From Schizochytrium sp. TIO01 (taxonomy: Eukaryota; Protista; Bigyra: Labyrinthulomycetes), in NCBI GenBank assembly GCA_004764695.1, contig SMSO01000025.1, positions 2,170,001-2,234,000 on the forward strand: 64,000 bases of DNA, written 5' to 3'. This document shows, piece by piece, positions 11,626 through 25,313 of this stretch (its first letter is position 1; each line of letters starts with the position of its first letter). The notes beneath the pieces were generated by a model. The model was not told the DNA's origin, did no database searches, and saw only the letters and a list, made by a program, of their open reading frames with translations. A program made the position numbers and the translations under genes.

Positions 11626-14150
11626 GTAAGAAAGAGAAAAAGGAGAGAGGAAAGTGCACAAAACGTGCGCAAAAGCTAGAGTGATTTAGAAGCGAAGCGT
11701 TATTTTTCTTCAAGTCTACATATTTTTCTGCACTGTAACTTTAGTACTGGATGGAGTCTTAGCTTCGGGTACATTTGCAGAGCTAAACTTCTTTCAACAT
11801 GGCTAAACAGAAAGCTTCGAGCCACCGAATTGAAAAGATTCCCTGGCAATTAAATAGATGAAGATAAGTAAAAGCAAAAGCAGAAAGACAACAAGAACTT
11901 GAACAGAAAATAGGAAGGAAAGTAAAACATTTAGGGCTGAACTTTGCAAATTTTAGGAAGCATGAATCCAACAGAAAAAAAAAAATCGTCGGAGATGCGA
12001 GTAAGTAAAATGGAAGAGATCTAAAAATCTAGAGCACAGAGCGCGGTGGGTCACTTGAATGCATCTACAGGATTAATTAAATTTCAACATCAATTGACTA
12101 TAGAGAAAGCATGTTATAGGGAAAGACATGCTTCACAAAGCACAATAGATATATTATTTAGTTGTTAGTTTTTGCCAGAAAGAATTGGTTCCATTATTGA
12201 CAAGTAATGTCTTGTCAAATATGATGCATGTTTGCGAATGTATTTTAGCCTAGGTATCTCCAATATCTTACTGTTAAAATAGCAGTACCACTATAAGGAT
12301 ACTATATCCTTCGTCTTGTGTATTGAAATAATGAAGGTGATAACTATTTCGTTAAGAGTTCGATTCTTGGTGATGAATGAAGATGCTAGTACAAAACTCG
12401 AATCAACATTAGGTTCGGCCAATTCGGAGTTGGGTGAGCTTAAACCAAACCATGCGAGTAGAGGAGAGCAGATTTTATCTGCACATTCAATTAAAAAAAG
12501 CAACAATTAAAAAAATGAGTTAGAAGAGAGCTGCTATTGTGAGCTGAAGATAGTTCAATCGCGGCAGGCGGACTATTTAGTCCTTGTGTTTTATGCAACC
12601 AACTCTAAAACTAAGAGGGACACAGTATCGGAAATGCTTTTGCATAAAAATTATAATACTTGGTCATTGTTTATTCCGATAGTTTGTTTTTGAAAGCAGT
12701 GAAAATTGCCCAGGTCATACTAAAATATTTCCAATCATAACTGCCATTCTCCAGCTTCTGCGGATATAGCACGTTGTAATTCTCACTGACGAATCCCAAC
12801 TTTTCTTTACAAGTATAACTATAGTAAAATATATATAAAAATCAATTCAATAGATCCTGAGATCATCATAAAGGAATTAAGGGGGTTAACATTTACTAAA
12901 AAGACCACAGTTTATAGAAAGTCTGTAGAGACTGATGCCAATCTGTTTGTTCATATTAAAAATAAATGAATATTATAAAATTTGGCTTGGAATATGGTTA
13001 GCAACTGCTAGTATTACCCCTGCTATTGATGACTTCTAAAGAATTGGGTTAGAAAACCTCCAGAACTCTTTTTCTAACGTTTCACACCTCGGTTGACGAC
13101 GGCTCTTCAGCGTCTGTAAGTGTGTTGAGGCCACTTTTGTCTAAACCTGGCCTTCGCGATGCTCAAGTCCCACGATGCAACTTGTTCGGACGCCATGGTG
13201 GCAACATTTGCTTCTTCGGGATAGTATAACAGAATTAGATACTATAGAAGTATAAATTCATTTGCAGCAAAGAAGGGGCTACACGGAAGCAGAGCCAAAA
13301 ATTGTATCAGCTCTCTTTCAAAGCAGAAATGCCGGTGCCTCGACTCACATCTTGGTTCGCTGAGGGGTTTTAAAACCAAGTACACATGACGACTTTAATT
13401 TCAAATTTGGCAATTGACATAATAGTTTCCATAAAGCTTCAAGATGTCCTTGGTTTTTATTAAACTTTCTCTTCCACATAGCTCAGCCTAAAATCAACGC
13501 AGGCTTTTAGATGGAGCCAGTCGCCACTCGCTGCCGCCGCGCTAGCTTTCCGCAGAAGCCATGCTACTTAGGCAGAGACTCGTGTGAATAAATCGTGAGT
13601 TGACTAGCTGCCTTTCCAGTTTGGATCTGTCATGATTGAACTCAGGTGTCCACTGGAACTTGTGTTCTATATTCAAGTTTCAACACCTCAATTTCGGATG
13701 TGTAGGTATTTATTCCTACCTAGGCAGTATCACAGGATCAAACAGAGGTTTGGGTGCACAAGCACTCGGAAGACCAAAATGCATAAAGGCGACGCGACAA
13801 CGTAGAGGCTTCTCAGCAAATTGCTCAAATACCCGCGCCACCTGAAAGTGTGTGCGCAAACGACTCGAAGTGGGTGCACAGGCGTGCGAGCGTGTGAGCG
13901 AGTGTACGTGCGCACAGGCTCTTCTCTAACTCGTCCAACTCAAAGTTGGCAGCTGCCAAAACATTTTAATTTCTGACATCAATTTCTCTACAGAATACTA
14001 GAAAACAGCTAGCATGTGTGACCTAGCAGACGTCTACAGCGCTAACCAGCTAGGCAAAAATAAATATATAAATAAATAAATATATAAATATATAAATATA
14101 TAAATAAATATATATTTATATATCTAGCTAGGTGCTGTCTTTCGCAGAGT

Positions 14151-14189
14151 TTCTTACTTCCGAATGGCTTTCTTACTTCCGTATGGCTA
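14151..14189 (+). repeat. Short direct tandem duplication TTTCTTACTTCCG(A/T)ATGGCT x2
   Basis: Read directly; one mismatch between the copies. Confidence 0.8.
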
Positions 14190-16237
14190 CAATTGTACGA
14201 CCGATTTTATGAAATCTTGGATTCTTTTCTTTTCTTTTCATAGGTGCATGTTTTGGAAAGAATGGCCAACATCTTTTTCTTTTTCTTAATTGTAAAGAAA
14301 ATAAACAAAGAAAGGAAAAAAGTAAACCTACCTTCGAAGGGTGAAAAGGAATACTCAGCGAAAGGCAATCAAATCAATCAATCAATCAAATCAAAATCAA
14401 AATCAAAATCAAATGAATGAATGAATGAATGAATGAATGAATCTCTTGTAGCAGCAGTAATACGACCGGCGAGCGAGTGCCAAAGAGTTGTCGGGACCCG
14501 CGCCAATTTGTGGAATCCCGCTTGAATATATTGCTCATTAGGCGGTACGACCCCTCCCTCCTTCAGGCGCGCTACAATGCCCGGCATCGAGTGAGCGAGC
14601 GAAAGGCACAGACTCGATTTGTTGTGCACTCTATGCAAAAGAAAACAAAGAAAAGAACAACAAAAGAAACAAGCTTGCTTATTGGTCTCGTCATCGCCAT
14701 CGTTATCGCATCATTATCATCACCGAAGGCGGTGCTCAATCAAATCAACGCTGATCCTGAATAAAGTCATGACACTTCATCAGTAGAAGTAGGTCCTAGA
14801 ATCAAGTTCTTTCAAGTCGCGGGATTCGATTGATAGCTAGCTAAGCTAAATAAGCAGGGCGTCCAAAGATAGCAGGCACAAAAGATATTCTATTCGCCGA
14901 AGCGACTGCCTGCTGATAAGAGGACACACGATTGAAGAAACTCACTCATTGGCACTTCAAGCCGGTCTTTCTTTGCCCCATACTCACGTCCTCTTCGCAC
15001 ATCGCGAGTGGGTTGATTGATCCACAGAGCCTCAGCGCCGACCTCGATTTGCATCCCCCCAACTTTCCTTTCTCCTTTCCCCACGAAATAAATCCCTCAG
15101 AGCTTTACACTACTTTCAAAGTTAAGAGTTTTTGAATGTAAAAAATAAATTTATACATATTAAAAAAAAAAAAAAAAAAAAAAGGAGTAAAAAAAGAGAT
15201 AAATTGCTCTTTGATCAAATTGCTTTTTCTGTAAACACAGTTTTCGCATGTTCTCAATTGGTTTCAATTTAAGTTTGAGTTTTATGAAAAAGGCTTTGTC
15301 AGAAGAAAAGTGTTTTGCAGAGCGAAGGAAAGAGAAGAACACGCATTCACTCCCTTCCCTTTCCAAGGTCTTCTTCTACTCTCCGTATTAATACTCCTGC
15401 AAATTGTCTCTACACGCCATAATAAGCACTCCGCACACTTCCAGCCGTTCTTTCTGGATAATCAGCAACAGAAAGGAAAGAAGCCCGGCAGAGACTTGGT
15501 CCCTTGGATTTTGTCTTCGTTTGGAGGCGTTTGTTAATTTAGCTTCGAGGTTTTCAAAGGTATATGATGCTCGCGGCTTGCAGTGGGTACCTGGTGTATC
15601 GTCCGAGGCGTTCAACCCTTCTCCCAAACCAAATGTGCTGGCATTGGGCAGGCTTTGAGGGGTAAGTAATTAATCCCTTTCTGCACAATATGTATAAAGG
15701 CGCTGCCTAAGATTTCACACACTGACAAATTGAACCTAGGCTCAGGTAACGAACACTACCCCCATCCTGCAGGTGCTAGGATTTCTGTTGTTTCTGTTCT
15801 GTTGTGTTTCGTGTGTCAGTCAGTTGCTACACGTTTCGAGTGAGTCTCTTCAACTTGTGTCCAATTCGAGACTTGCGATGAAAGGAGGTGAGTGACAGAC
15901 AATATGGAATCCTCTTCGGCTCTCTCGCACCCTCTTTACCATCTCCTTCTCGATGCTCTTGCGATGGTGGATGTTCAAGTTGACTGCGTTTGCCGAGCTT
16001 TCTCTTCAAGCTTGACTTTTATCAAGTCTCAAGTCTCTCCTTCCAAGCTTCTTCTGCCGATGCGTTTCGGTCCTCTCCTCGCCAGCAGCGTTTCAAAGTC
16101 TCTTCTGCGCACCTACAGCTACTCCTACCAACATCACCATTCTTAGGCATCGAATTCTGTTTGGCTATCCACCACCGAGGTGGTCCTTTCCAGGTTTCAA
16201 CTCCACGCACGCTTTGGTTTCCACGAACGAACATATA

Positions 16238-16239
<2 letters not shown>

Positions 16240-16270
<31 letters not shown>
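16240..16270 (+). repeat. (AT)n microsatellite
   Basis: Read directly from the sequence. Confidence 0.9.
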
Positions 16271-16275
<5 letters not shown>

Positions 16276-16855
16276 AATGAATGAATGATTGCTCGAATTC
16301 ACTCGTTGGATGGATGAAGCGTTTCTACACGTTCAAGAGGCGCGGTTTCAGGCCGATGGAATCCGTGCCGCTTGAGATTCGTCCAACGAGGACGCTGCGC
16401 GACAACTCGAGCCGGGGCCTAATGCCTGAGCAAAGGTGGATGCACTGTCAATATTGCACAGTCGTTCGTGCACTCGAGGCGAGCAAGATAGTGAAAGCCC
16501 TTTTCGAGGTTCATCCAGGGAGGTCACTCACAAGAGTCACAGGCAGGACAGGCAGGACAGGCAGGACAGGCGAGCGGACAAGACCGGCCTGCCGACTCTA
16601 TGACCACCCTGCGGATAGGCTGGGCTCGGTGGCCTTCAGGCTCGGCTTGCTTTCTTGCTTTCTTGCTTGCTTATCGATGGCAGCTAAGACCTCAAAACCT
16701 GCAGAAATCAGTCACTCAATAAATATCTTTCGTCAACGGATCGTTCGCCGATACTCGCCAGCTCACACCAAGTAGCCCCCTCACCAACTTCCGCGGTTTC
16801 TCTGCGTGAAGAATTGAAGCCCGCACAGCCCTCGCCGACGGGTAGCCGAGACGAA

Positions 16856-16900
16856 CTGGGCTGAGCTGGGCTGAGCTGAGCTGAGCTGAGCTGAGCTGAG
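16856..16900 (+). repeat. (GCTGA/GCTGG)n pentanucleotide repeat
   Basis: Read directly from the sequence. Confidence 0.85.
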
Positions 16901-17371
16901 CGCGTCAAGGCGGCTTAATCAGGAGCTGCTTCTCCGCAATTGCGTCCTTCGACAGCCAAAATGACATCTTCTTCGCGCACAAACTGAAAAAATCTTTGTT
17001 GTAGACCCCAAAGAGAAAGTAAAAACAAATATCTTTATTTAAAAAGTCCGAGTCTGTCTGAGCGAACTGTCTCTGTTCGAGCTAAATTAATTATTTCCCC
17101 CAAAGAACGAATGAGTGAATGAGTGAAGGAGTGAATGAGTGAATTAATTAATTAATTTATGAATTAATTAATTAATTAATTTATTTATTTATTAAAACTC
17201 TTTCTTTCTTTCTTTCTTCTCCGCGCTCTCCTTTCTCCTCTTGTCTTGCAAGCGTGCGCGACTTTCACGCGTGGAAGCCAGCAAGAAGCGCGCAGCGGAC
17301 GCACGCCTGGAAGCGGCCGTCGCGAGCCTGTTCTTTGCCGCGATCGGGCCACGCCCACCTGCTCCTGCTCC

Positions 17372-17402
<31 letters not shown>

Positions 17403-17485
17403 CGCTGCCTGCCGGCCCGGCTTGGCAGGAGGATGAGCTTGTCCGCCGCACGAGCCTTCGCAATCGGCGGCAAACTCATCCAATT

Positions 17486-17740
17486 ATTCATTCATTCATT
17501 CATTCATTCATTTATTCATTCATTCATTCATTCATTCATTTATTCATTCATTCATTCATTCATTCATTCATTCATTCATTCATTCATTCATTCATTCATT
17601 CATTCATTCATTCATTCATTCATTCATTCATTCATTCATTCATTCATTCATTCATTCATTCATTCATTCATTCATTTAATCATTCATTTAATCATTTCGT
17701 TCGTTCGTTCGTTCGTTCGATCGATCGATCAATCGATCGT
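17486..17740 (+). repeat. Compound microsatellite: (ATTC)n of about 190 bp followed by (TTCG)n and (ATCG)n
   Basis: Read directly; it produces the spurious 'IHSF' ORFs. Confidence 0.95.
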
Positions 17741-18030
17741 TCATTCCTCGTGGATAAAAAATGGAGGAATCAATGAATCGATCGACGGATTGTTGATGCA
17801 ATAAATAGTTTGGTCGCTGCGCTCTGATCTGGCAAACAACAAGCCCATAAAGCGAGTAAGAAAGCCCGTAGGTGAACCGACTGAGGAGAAACAAGGAAGA
17901 GGATCCTCCCTCAGATCCCTTTCTTTCTTCTCCGTATCTTGGTATACTAAGAGTCGCACTACCGGCGATAGAGCCTTCACACAGATAGCAAGTAAGTGTG
18001 AAGGCATGTAACAAATGTAAATAAGCATTC

Positions 18031-18248
<218 letters not shown>

Positions 18249-21200
18249 CTGTTGTTATTTTCTTCTTTCATCATATAGATGTATTTTCAACTTAAGAAAC
18301 ACTTTGAAAGAAATGAGGAGGAGGAAAAGGGGATTAAAAACAATTAAAAATAGCGGATACAACGCAGTGCAATCAATACACAGTCCGAGGCATACACAAC
18401 CGACTACTTTCTTACAAAGATAGATACTTCAAGTTGGTCGAGTCGCTTACTGACTCTCCCTGCGTTAGCTCATGAAGCACTGCGTTAGCTCTTCCGTTTA
18501 TCTCACCCTGCGGCTCATCGCTATCATTTCCTGAAAAACTAAGTGAGGTTAGAACGATTAAAATGAAGAAAGAAAGAAAAGAAAGAAAAGAAAAGAAAAG
18601 AAAAGAAAAAGAAGCAGGTGAGTAAATAGATCCATCCAAGCCTGACGAGCCTCGACTCGATACTCTCTCTTCTCTGAAGAAAGACTTACGGGAGCAGCGA
18701 TAAACTCTGTCTGCGGCCGAGGTTGGTTCACGAATATCTGAGCAGCGGAAGTGCTTTGCCACGTCCCGTCCAGCCAACCCGCCTTTCTTCAGAGAGCCGC
18801 AAGGATCGACGGTTTGTTTGTTTGTTTGTTTGTTTCTTTCTTTGTTTCTTTGTTTGTTTATTTGTCCATTTACTGCTCTCGAAGGCAAATTCGCCGCCTC
18901 CGCGTCTTTCGAGACCTCGCAATGCAACGCAATTAAATTAAGAAAACTCGAGAATGTAGCAACCGTGGACGAAATTCCTTCGCGAGAGCATCGAATTGTA
19001 GATAGACGGAGGACACGCTCAATCCATTGCGCCTTTTTGAGAGAGGCCGAAAGGCCGCGGGTTTATTTATTTTGAGGGACTGACGCCATCATCGGCAACG
19101 CTGATACTGAGGATTCCGCCGTAGAAGAAGATATTATGGAGAGGATATTTATTGTATTAATTCTATTAATTATGTTTGCTATTGGAGACCCGAAAGCGTT
19201 GGTTTTTTATCCAATGATGGATATTTTTACGTCGACAGACTTCAAAGCGTGAGCGGAATACATACATTCATTCATTCTGCCCCGAAAGGGCGAAAGGAGG
19301 AAGGAAGAACAGGTAAGGGCCTGGTTCCGATAAGGGTGAGTGAAGCGGTATGGCGTGTAATATCGTAATTGGTTTCCTTCTGGTTTGGTTTTTCGTTTTG
19401 TTTTTTCTCTTCGGCTGGCTGATTTTTAATTGATTGTTCTTTGCTTTTATAATTAAAAAAGTTATACTAAAATTTACATTAATTACATGAAAAGCTATAA
19501 AGAACACCAAAAGAGAAAAAGAATCGTTCTGTCAAGGAGGTTGAAATTGAATTGTTACCTGCATAAAGTGTGAGATCGAAGCGGGTCTTTCGCGCAGAAA
19601 ATCGAAAGCTCCCATCCGAAATGAATTCATGTTCTGCGAATGATTGACTGACTGACTGATTGATTGATTGACTATTCGTTTGCAGCGTTTATGGCCGTGT
19701 ACGATTTCTGGGCTGTTCGTTCATTCATCGAAATGCCTGATCTGGGCCAAGCCTTCGCGCTCTTTCGAAGTCCCCCGCCTGGGCGAGTGATCTGGCGGAC
19801 TCGATGCGAATTTTGGCCAGCTGCTTCGCTTCGAGAACAGCGGTGAAGAAGAAGAAGAAGAATTAATCCATCCAGGCTGGCCATGCTTTCGTTTCGCTTC
19901 GCTTCGTTTCGTTTGTGGCCCATTCTGCGATTGGCATTCATTCTGGCATTGGGCAAGATTTGCGAATAAGTTAAGTGCCTCAGGCTTCTGCTTCTGCGTA
20001 GTCCGTCCACGCACACGCACACACGCACAGCTATCTCCAAACCTCGCGTCGCCCGCAGAGTTTGCCTTGCCTGCTAGATCTTCAAGCTCTGACTTGGCGC
20101 CTGCCTACAACCTAAAACCTACAACCTAAAACCATGGCGGGATGTATCTTTGAGGTGCCTAGCTAGCTAGAACGAGCCTGCACATGGTCTGTGTGTAGCG
20201 CTAGCTGGGTTTGGGATGGTCTTGCGGAAGCGAATGCACAACGACAATCAGGCTGGGAACAAGCTCGACTGAGGATCCCCACTCGACTCCAGTCGACGTG
20301 GACGCAGAGGCGCGACGTTGCCGAGGCAGGCAGGGCCAGGAGCCGAGCCCACCGCCTCCCATGGCGATGTGTAATATCCTCTTCTGCTCCGGGGTTTACG
20401 CAGTTCTGGACAACTTAACTTTGAACTTGAAGCCCGGCACCGCGACGAAGTCAGACACGTATGTAATCAAGCAATCAACCAATGCGCTTCGAGGCAGCCA
20501 GCTAGCTAGCTAGCCAGCCAGCCAGCCAGCCAGCCTTCGGCAACGTCAGCGAGCTTGGCGGAGACGGCGCGCGAGAGCGGCGCAGAGCTCGCAGCGCCTC
20601 CTCTCCGTGTTCGGGCTGTACCTCGTGGGCGGCTTTGCCAACCTGGCGAGAAGGGGCGGGCCGAGGAGGCCTCTCGGCGGGCTGGGGCGCCTCGCCGTCG
20701 GCTGCCAGTGGGCGGCGAGTTGGAATGGAACCATCCCGCCCAAGCTCCAGGGAGTGGGAGGATACCATCCATCCTCCTGTAAAACGCAGTTTGTTTGTTT
20801 GTTGGTTCGTTCGTTTGTTCGCGTGTTTGAAAAGTTCGTTTGGTTGAAACGTTCGTTTGGTCGTTTACGATAACCAGAACTCGGAATTCTCCAAATGACG
20901 CACCCATTCATTCATTCATTCATTCGTTCGCTCGCAAGACACAGACACACAGAACCATCGCAGCGACCTCTTTCGCAGCGCGTGGGGTGTCACGGGCTAT
21001 TATTATCGCACACCCGCTGTGCAGGGAGACCTGGAGCCAGGCTGCCCGAGACGAGGGTCCTTGGACGCGAAGAACTCCAAGAACTCCAAGAACTCCAAGA
21101 TCTACAAGATAGATACATAGATATATAGATAGATATATAGATAGATAGATGTATAGATGTGGCAGATTTCCAGGAACGGGGAAGCCCGACTCCAAACAGA

Positions 21201-22703
21201 ACAAAAAGAACAGCACGTTTCAAGGCTGACGAGTTCTTTCTGGAAAGCAGCTGTGAACGGAGGATCCTTGGAGCGAAGGGAAAGCTTTCCGTTCACGGCG
21301 ACAATGGGTTTCAGGGGATGGTTAACTTGGGCTCTCTCGTTAAGCTCGTGGGAGTCAGAGCGGATTGAAGGATCGTGCAAAGTGGAGGTGGAAAGAAACG
21401 AAACGATTGTCCTGCAAAGGAAGAGAAAAGGAAGTACACAAGTTCAAGGTATCGATCGCACTCTGAACTCTGTCTGCGAAGGACTTTTTAAAAATAAATA
21501 TTTATATATCACATAAATTAAAATAAACTAAAATGAATTAAATTTAAAAATGTATTCAAAGCAAAATAAAAATATTAGGAATATTGAAGTGCTACCTCAA
21601 AGCAAAGGGTATTCTCCCATCTTGGCTACTGCTAGAATCGAAAGAAGAAAAGTAAATGAAAAAGGGAAAGGGCACTTTCTATCTGAGGCCGCCTACTCCT
21701 TGCACACAGCACCATCGCCTGTCGCAATGCGCTGACTTATAGAGACCTTGATGTCCTGTTTTATCATTCTATTACTCGTCCGGCAACACTTCGTATCGAA
21801 TTCTGTTTCTTCTGTGCTTTGGTTCATTCGGGATAACTAAAATAAAATAAAATAAACTTTTAAAATTGAAAAAGTGACTTAAATACTTTTTGAAAATGAT
21901 TTGTTTAAAATATAAATTATTTTATATTAAAAAAGGTTTTTGAGTTTTTAATCAACAAAAAGTTTTAGGAAATAAAAAGTATAATCATTCGAAGAAAAGA
22001 CCCCGAAGTTCAAGAACTACGATCATAATCATAGAGACTACAAAAATATTCTGCATAACATTCCGAAACCTTTGCAATATTCGATCTACCTGTACTACAT
22101 TCATTTCCCGCATAATATCGAAATCAGATGCTTCTTCCTTCCTGACTATTGAGGAAGTGGGGGAACTGATCAAGAAGAGAGATGTGCACACCTGTGTGTG
22201 TCGACGACATCCATGTGCGCCCACTGAGGCCGAACTTTAGAGGGAGCGGGTATTCCATCAATAGTGAATAGGAGAGGAGACATTCTGGAGTTGTACCACT
22301 GAGCCACTATTGGGAGATTCTTTTGCGTATAGGTCACTGGGCAGAGGCGTCCCGAGATACTAGGGTCTCTCCTCAGTAATTTACAGTGTGGTCCTTCGGA
22401 AAACTTTGTCCACCTTCCCCAGACTTACAGAGTGCCTCTACTTATTTTACACTACTGATAGTATATACAAATAGTACTAGCATGGGACGAAAGTTTTTTT
22501 AAATAGGGGGCATTCCATTGAGAGAGATTCACACATGGGCAAGTGAGAGGCAGTGATGTAAGAGGGAGAATCGCTCCAGTGGAGGATAGAGGTAGTGGAG
22601 GCAAGATAGCAATGCGGTCTTCGATTCCGCGCGCCGCGATTTCAACTCCAGCAGACCTGCAACTCGAGATCCACAACAACAAATCCGAAACCAACCAACC
22701 AAG

Positions 22704-23406
22704 GTAAGTGCGCAGCTACAGCGACGACCTGAGCAGCCAGCAGCAATAGCAACAGCCTCATGCGATACCTGCTTTATTCACAGCTTCCGAGACAATATTT
22801 GCTATAGCCGAAGTAAAAGTTCAAGGACGTCAAGTGACTCCTTGGAGCTTCGAGTTCTGATTCTTCGCCAAATCTAGGCAAGTCGAAGCGAAGGATTGTG
22901 AAAGCTAGGATCATGTCTGTTCTTGACGAGCTTGTTTGTCTGAACTGTTGAGACTCCATAGCATGTAGAACGATTAAGCCTGCTCGCCTGTAAGCTCGGC
23001 TTGCAACCTCACGGTGGGCTTACTTCTATTATTCTTAGTCTCCTCAGCTTTGACTATCTTGTCAAAACTCCTACTCACACTCTGAAGGTTTCTAGACAGA
23101 TCCCAGATTAGTCCGCGAATAAGGCAACCGGCGGATTGTGCAAGCTCGCTAGCAAGTCTTCTCGAAAAAGGGTCTTAGCGAGGGGAGTGTAGGAACTTTG
23201 AGGTGTGTGCACACTCAAACACACGCTCGATCAACCTCAGACGTGGTGGGACATCCGTGGGGAGACCCAGGATTGGTACCATCTCGCCAGATTCGATGAT
23301 GGAGGTGCTGCTAAGGCTCGACTCGCAAACAATTACAAAACTTATCAACCGTGCAATGAAAACTAACGAAGAGTGGCCTTATAAATTCGATCATAACAGA
23401 AAGTAG
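22704..23406 (+). other. Probable 5'-UTR intron of the 85-aa gene
   Basis: A CAA-rich leader 'CACAACAACAAATCCGAAACCAACCAACCAAG' is followed by a perfect GTAAGT donor at 22704. Branch ACTAAC lies at 23362; candidate acceptors are CAG (23399) or TAG (23406), just before ATG 23412. Confidence 0.55.
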
Positions 23407-23411
23407 ATACC

Positions 23412-23669
23412 ATGGGTGACAACGCTCCTAGCGCTTCTGACCTTGCCGCCGCCAAGCTGACCAAGGTCACCACGACCGAGGCCACCGGCGAGCCCTCCGA
23501 GGAGGAGAAGGCTGGCTTCAAGAAGATCTGGGACGAGTGCGACGGTGACTTCGACAAGGTCAAGGCCTCCCCCACCTTCAAGAACTCCAAGTGGCACCAC
23601 AACTTCGACCCCAAGGACAGCGACCAGTTCGCTGCCGGCGTGCTCAAGGGCCTCGCCTTCGAGGACTAA
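23412..23669 (+). CDS. Small (85 aa), probably highly expressed protein with a beta-thymosin/WH2-like N-terminal motif
   Basis: ACCATGG start context and extreme codon bias (GCC/AAG/GAG/GAC/TTC/ACC, essentially no A-ending codons) unlike the flanking DNA. 'DLAAAKLTKVTTTEATGEPSEEEKAG' resembles beta-thymosin '[19 protein letters not shown]..EKQAG'. The gene call is confident; the function is tentative. Confidence 0.8.
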   Translation: MGDNAPSASDLAAAKLTKVTTTEATGEPSEEEKAGFKKIWDECDGDFDKVKASPTFKNSKWHHNFDPKDSDQFAAGVLKGLAFED

Positions 23670-25313
23670 ATATAAATCCTCCTTGCATTTACTCAACTCT
23701 CTTAACCATACAGATAGACCTTTGCACATTCCCCACGGTCAAATGAAATTCAATCTTCCTCTCTTTTAGTTTTTATTTTCCTTCTCCAAATGTTTCTTGT
23801 TTAATTTAAAACAAAACCAAGCAAATTGTTTGCCCAGCTCTAGTGCTGTTGGATTCACAAAAGGCTCTACTCAGTTTAACAGAAGGGGCAATTTTCTTGT
23901 GTTTTACTCTTAGCAGAAAATTTGACTAATGGAAGCCTCTAACGCAACTTAGCGTGAAGGATCTGCAACTATCGATCAGTGAGCTCAATATAAATGGATA
24001 GCTATGTTCAGAAGTGTTTACTTCAAAGACAAATCAGTAAAATGACCCTAATCTAAACTCCTGCATGTGTATTTATGGCTAATTACTAAATTATTTCACG
24101 GTCTAGCAGATGTCTGAAGGTGTAGTAGCCAGCTTTCAGGGACTTTTCAAAATGATCGTAGGACAATTTGCAGAATAAACTTTCTTCCTTTTCAACGTGA
24201 GAGTATCTAACTAGCTCACTAACGCATTAAAATTGAAAGGAAGGCCGTGTCAACTCTGCTAAAGAGTGCCGCCGTATTAGTCTTAGTAGCGATAAAACTC
24301 TAACACAAGTCCTTCTGTGGTCTCGCTAACGCAATGACGCGGTTGCTTAGAAATCATAAACCTGCACATTTTGCGAAACCTCGAGTTGAGATCCTTTTGA
24401 AAATTCTAAGACCGACACACTGCTTTTAATGTCATTTTGGAAGATGATCCTTACATGTTTTTGACTGCCATCTCTTGGGTGTTAAGTCCGAGGCCAAGAA
24501 ATATACTACAGTTCTAGTTTTCCAAATTAGTTTTTGTTTCCTATTGTGAATGCTATTTCTCTGTTTATGATCATGGATATTTGGGGGATTTCTGTTTGCC
24601 TTGGTAATTTTCTTAAGGCGAATTAACATCATAAGAGATATGACCATTCGTTTCAAAAACAAATGCTATATTTGAAAACTAATTAAAATTCGAGTAATCA
24701 CCTCCTCCTTTCTGAAAAGCAAAATGAAAAGAAGAGAAAAGACTAGTCTCAAATCCGCTCAGTTCACTTAAACAGAAACGTCCCCTAATTCTTTTACATC
24801 CGTCAAGACTAACTGAACCTATATATCAGTTAATACTCGACACGTTACACAGAGTTTGTGACTTCGTCTTGACCCAAGCATAGATGTCACCTTTCTTTAA
24901 GGATCCTGTGCAATCTACATCGTTTTAATTTCTTGCTCCTGACTCGGTATTTAGATAAAAGTTGTCTTATTCAATCTGCATAATGCTTTAGTATCCACAC
25001 TACTTATTCTACTTATTACATGAGCAATCGTAGGAAAATCAGACAGCCGCCAACTTGAAGTATTCCTCAACGTTTGAGGCATACAGCTACCTTTACATTA
25101 TACTTTGTAAGGCTTGTCTTCTTCTGGGTAATGTTCGCAGAGCAATACATAGCATATGGTAGGACTGCTCATCTACCTAAGTAGGGAGTGAAAATTCGTT
25201 TGAAATATTCGAACATAAAGTTTGGATGGATTGACGCAGTTGACGAGCCACCATTCCTGGTTCTTGGCGCAGAAACCTTTGAGCCTAGAGTTTCCACCAA
25301 GATAGAAAACGCA

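Noticed and set aside
16281-16775. 164-aa ORF in the gene desert
   Set aside because: It starts inside a (GAAT)n repeat, includes a 9-bp tandem repeat, and has no codon bias or recognisable domain.
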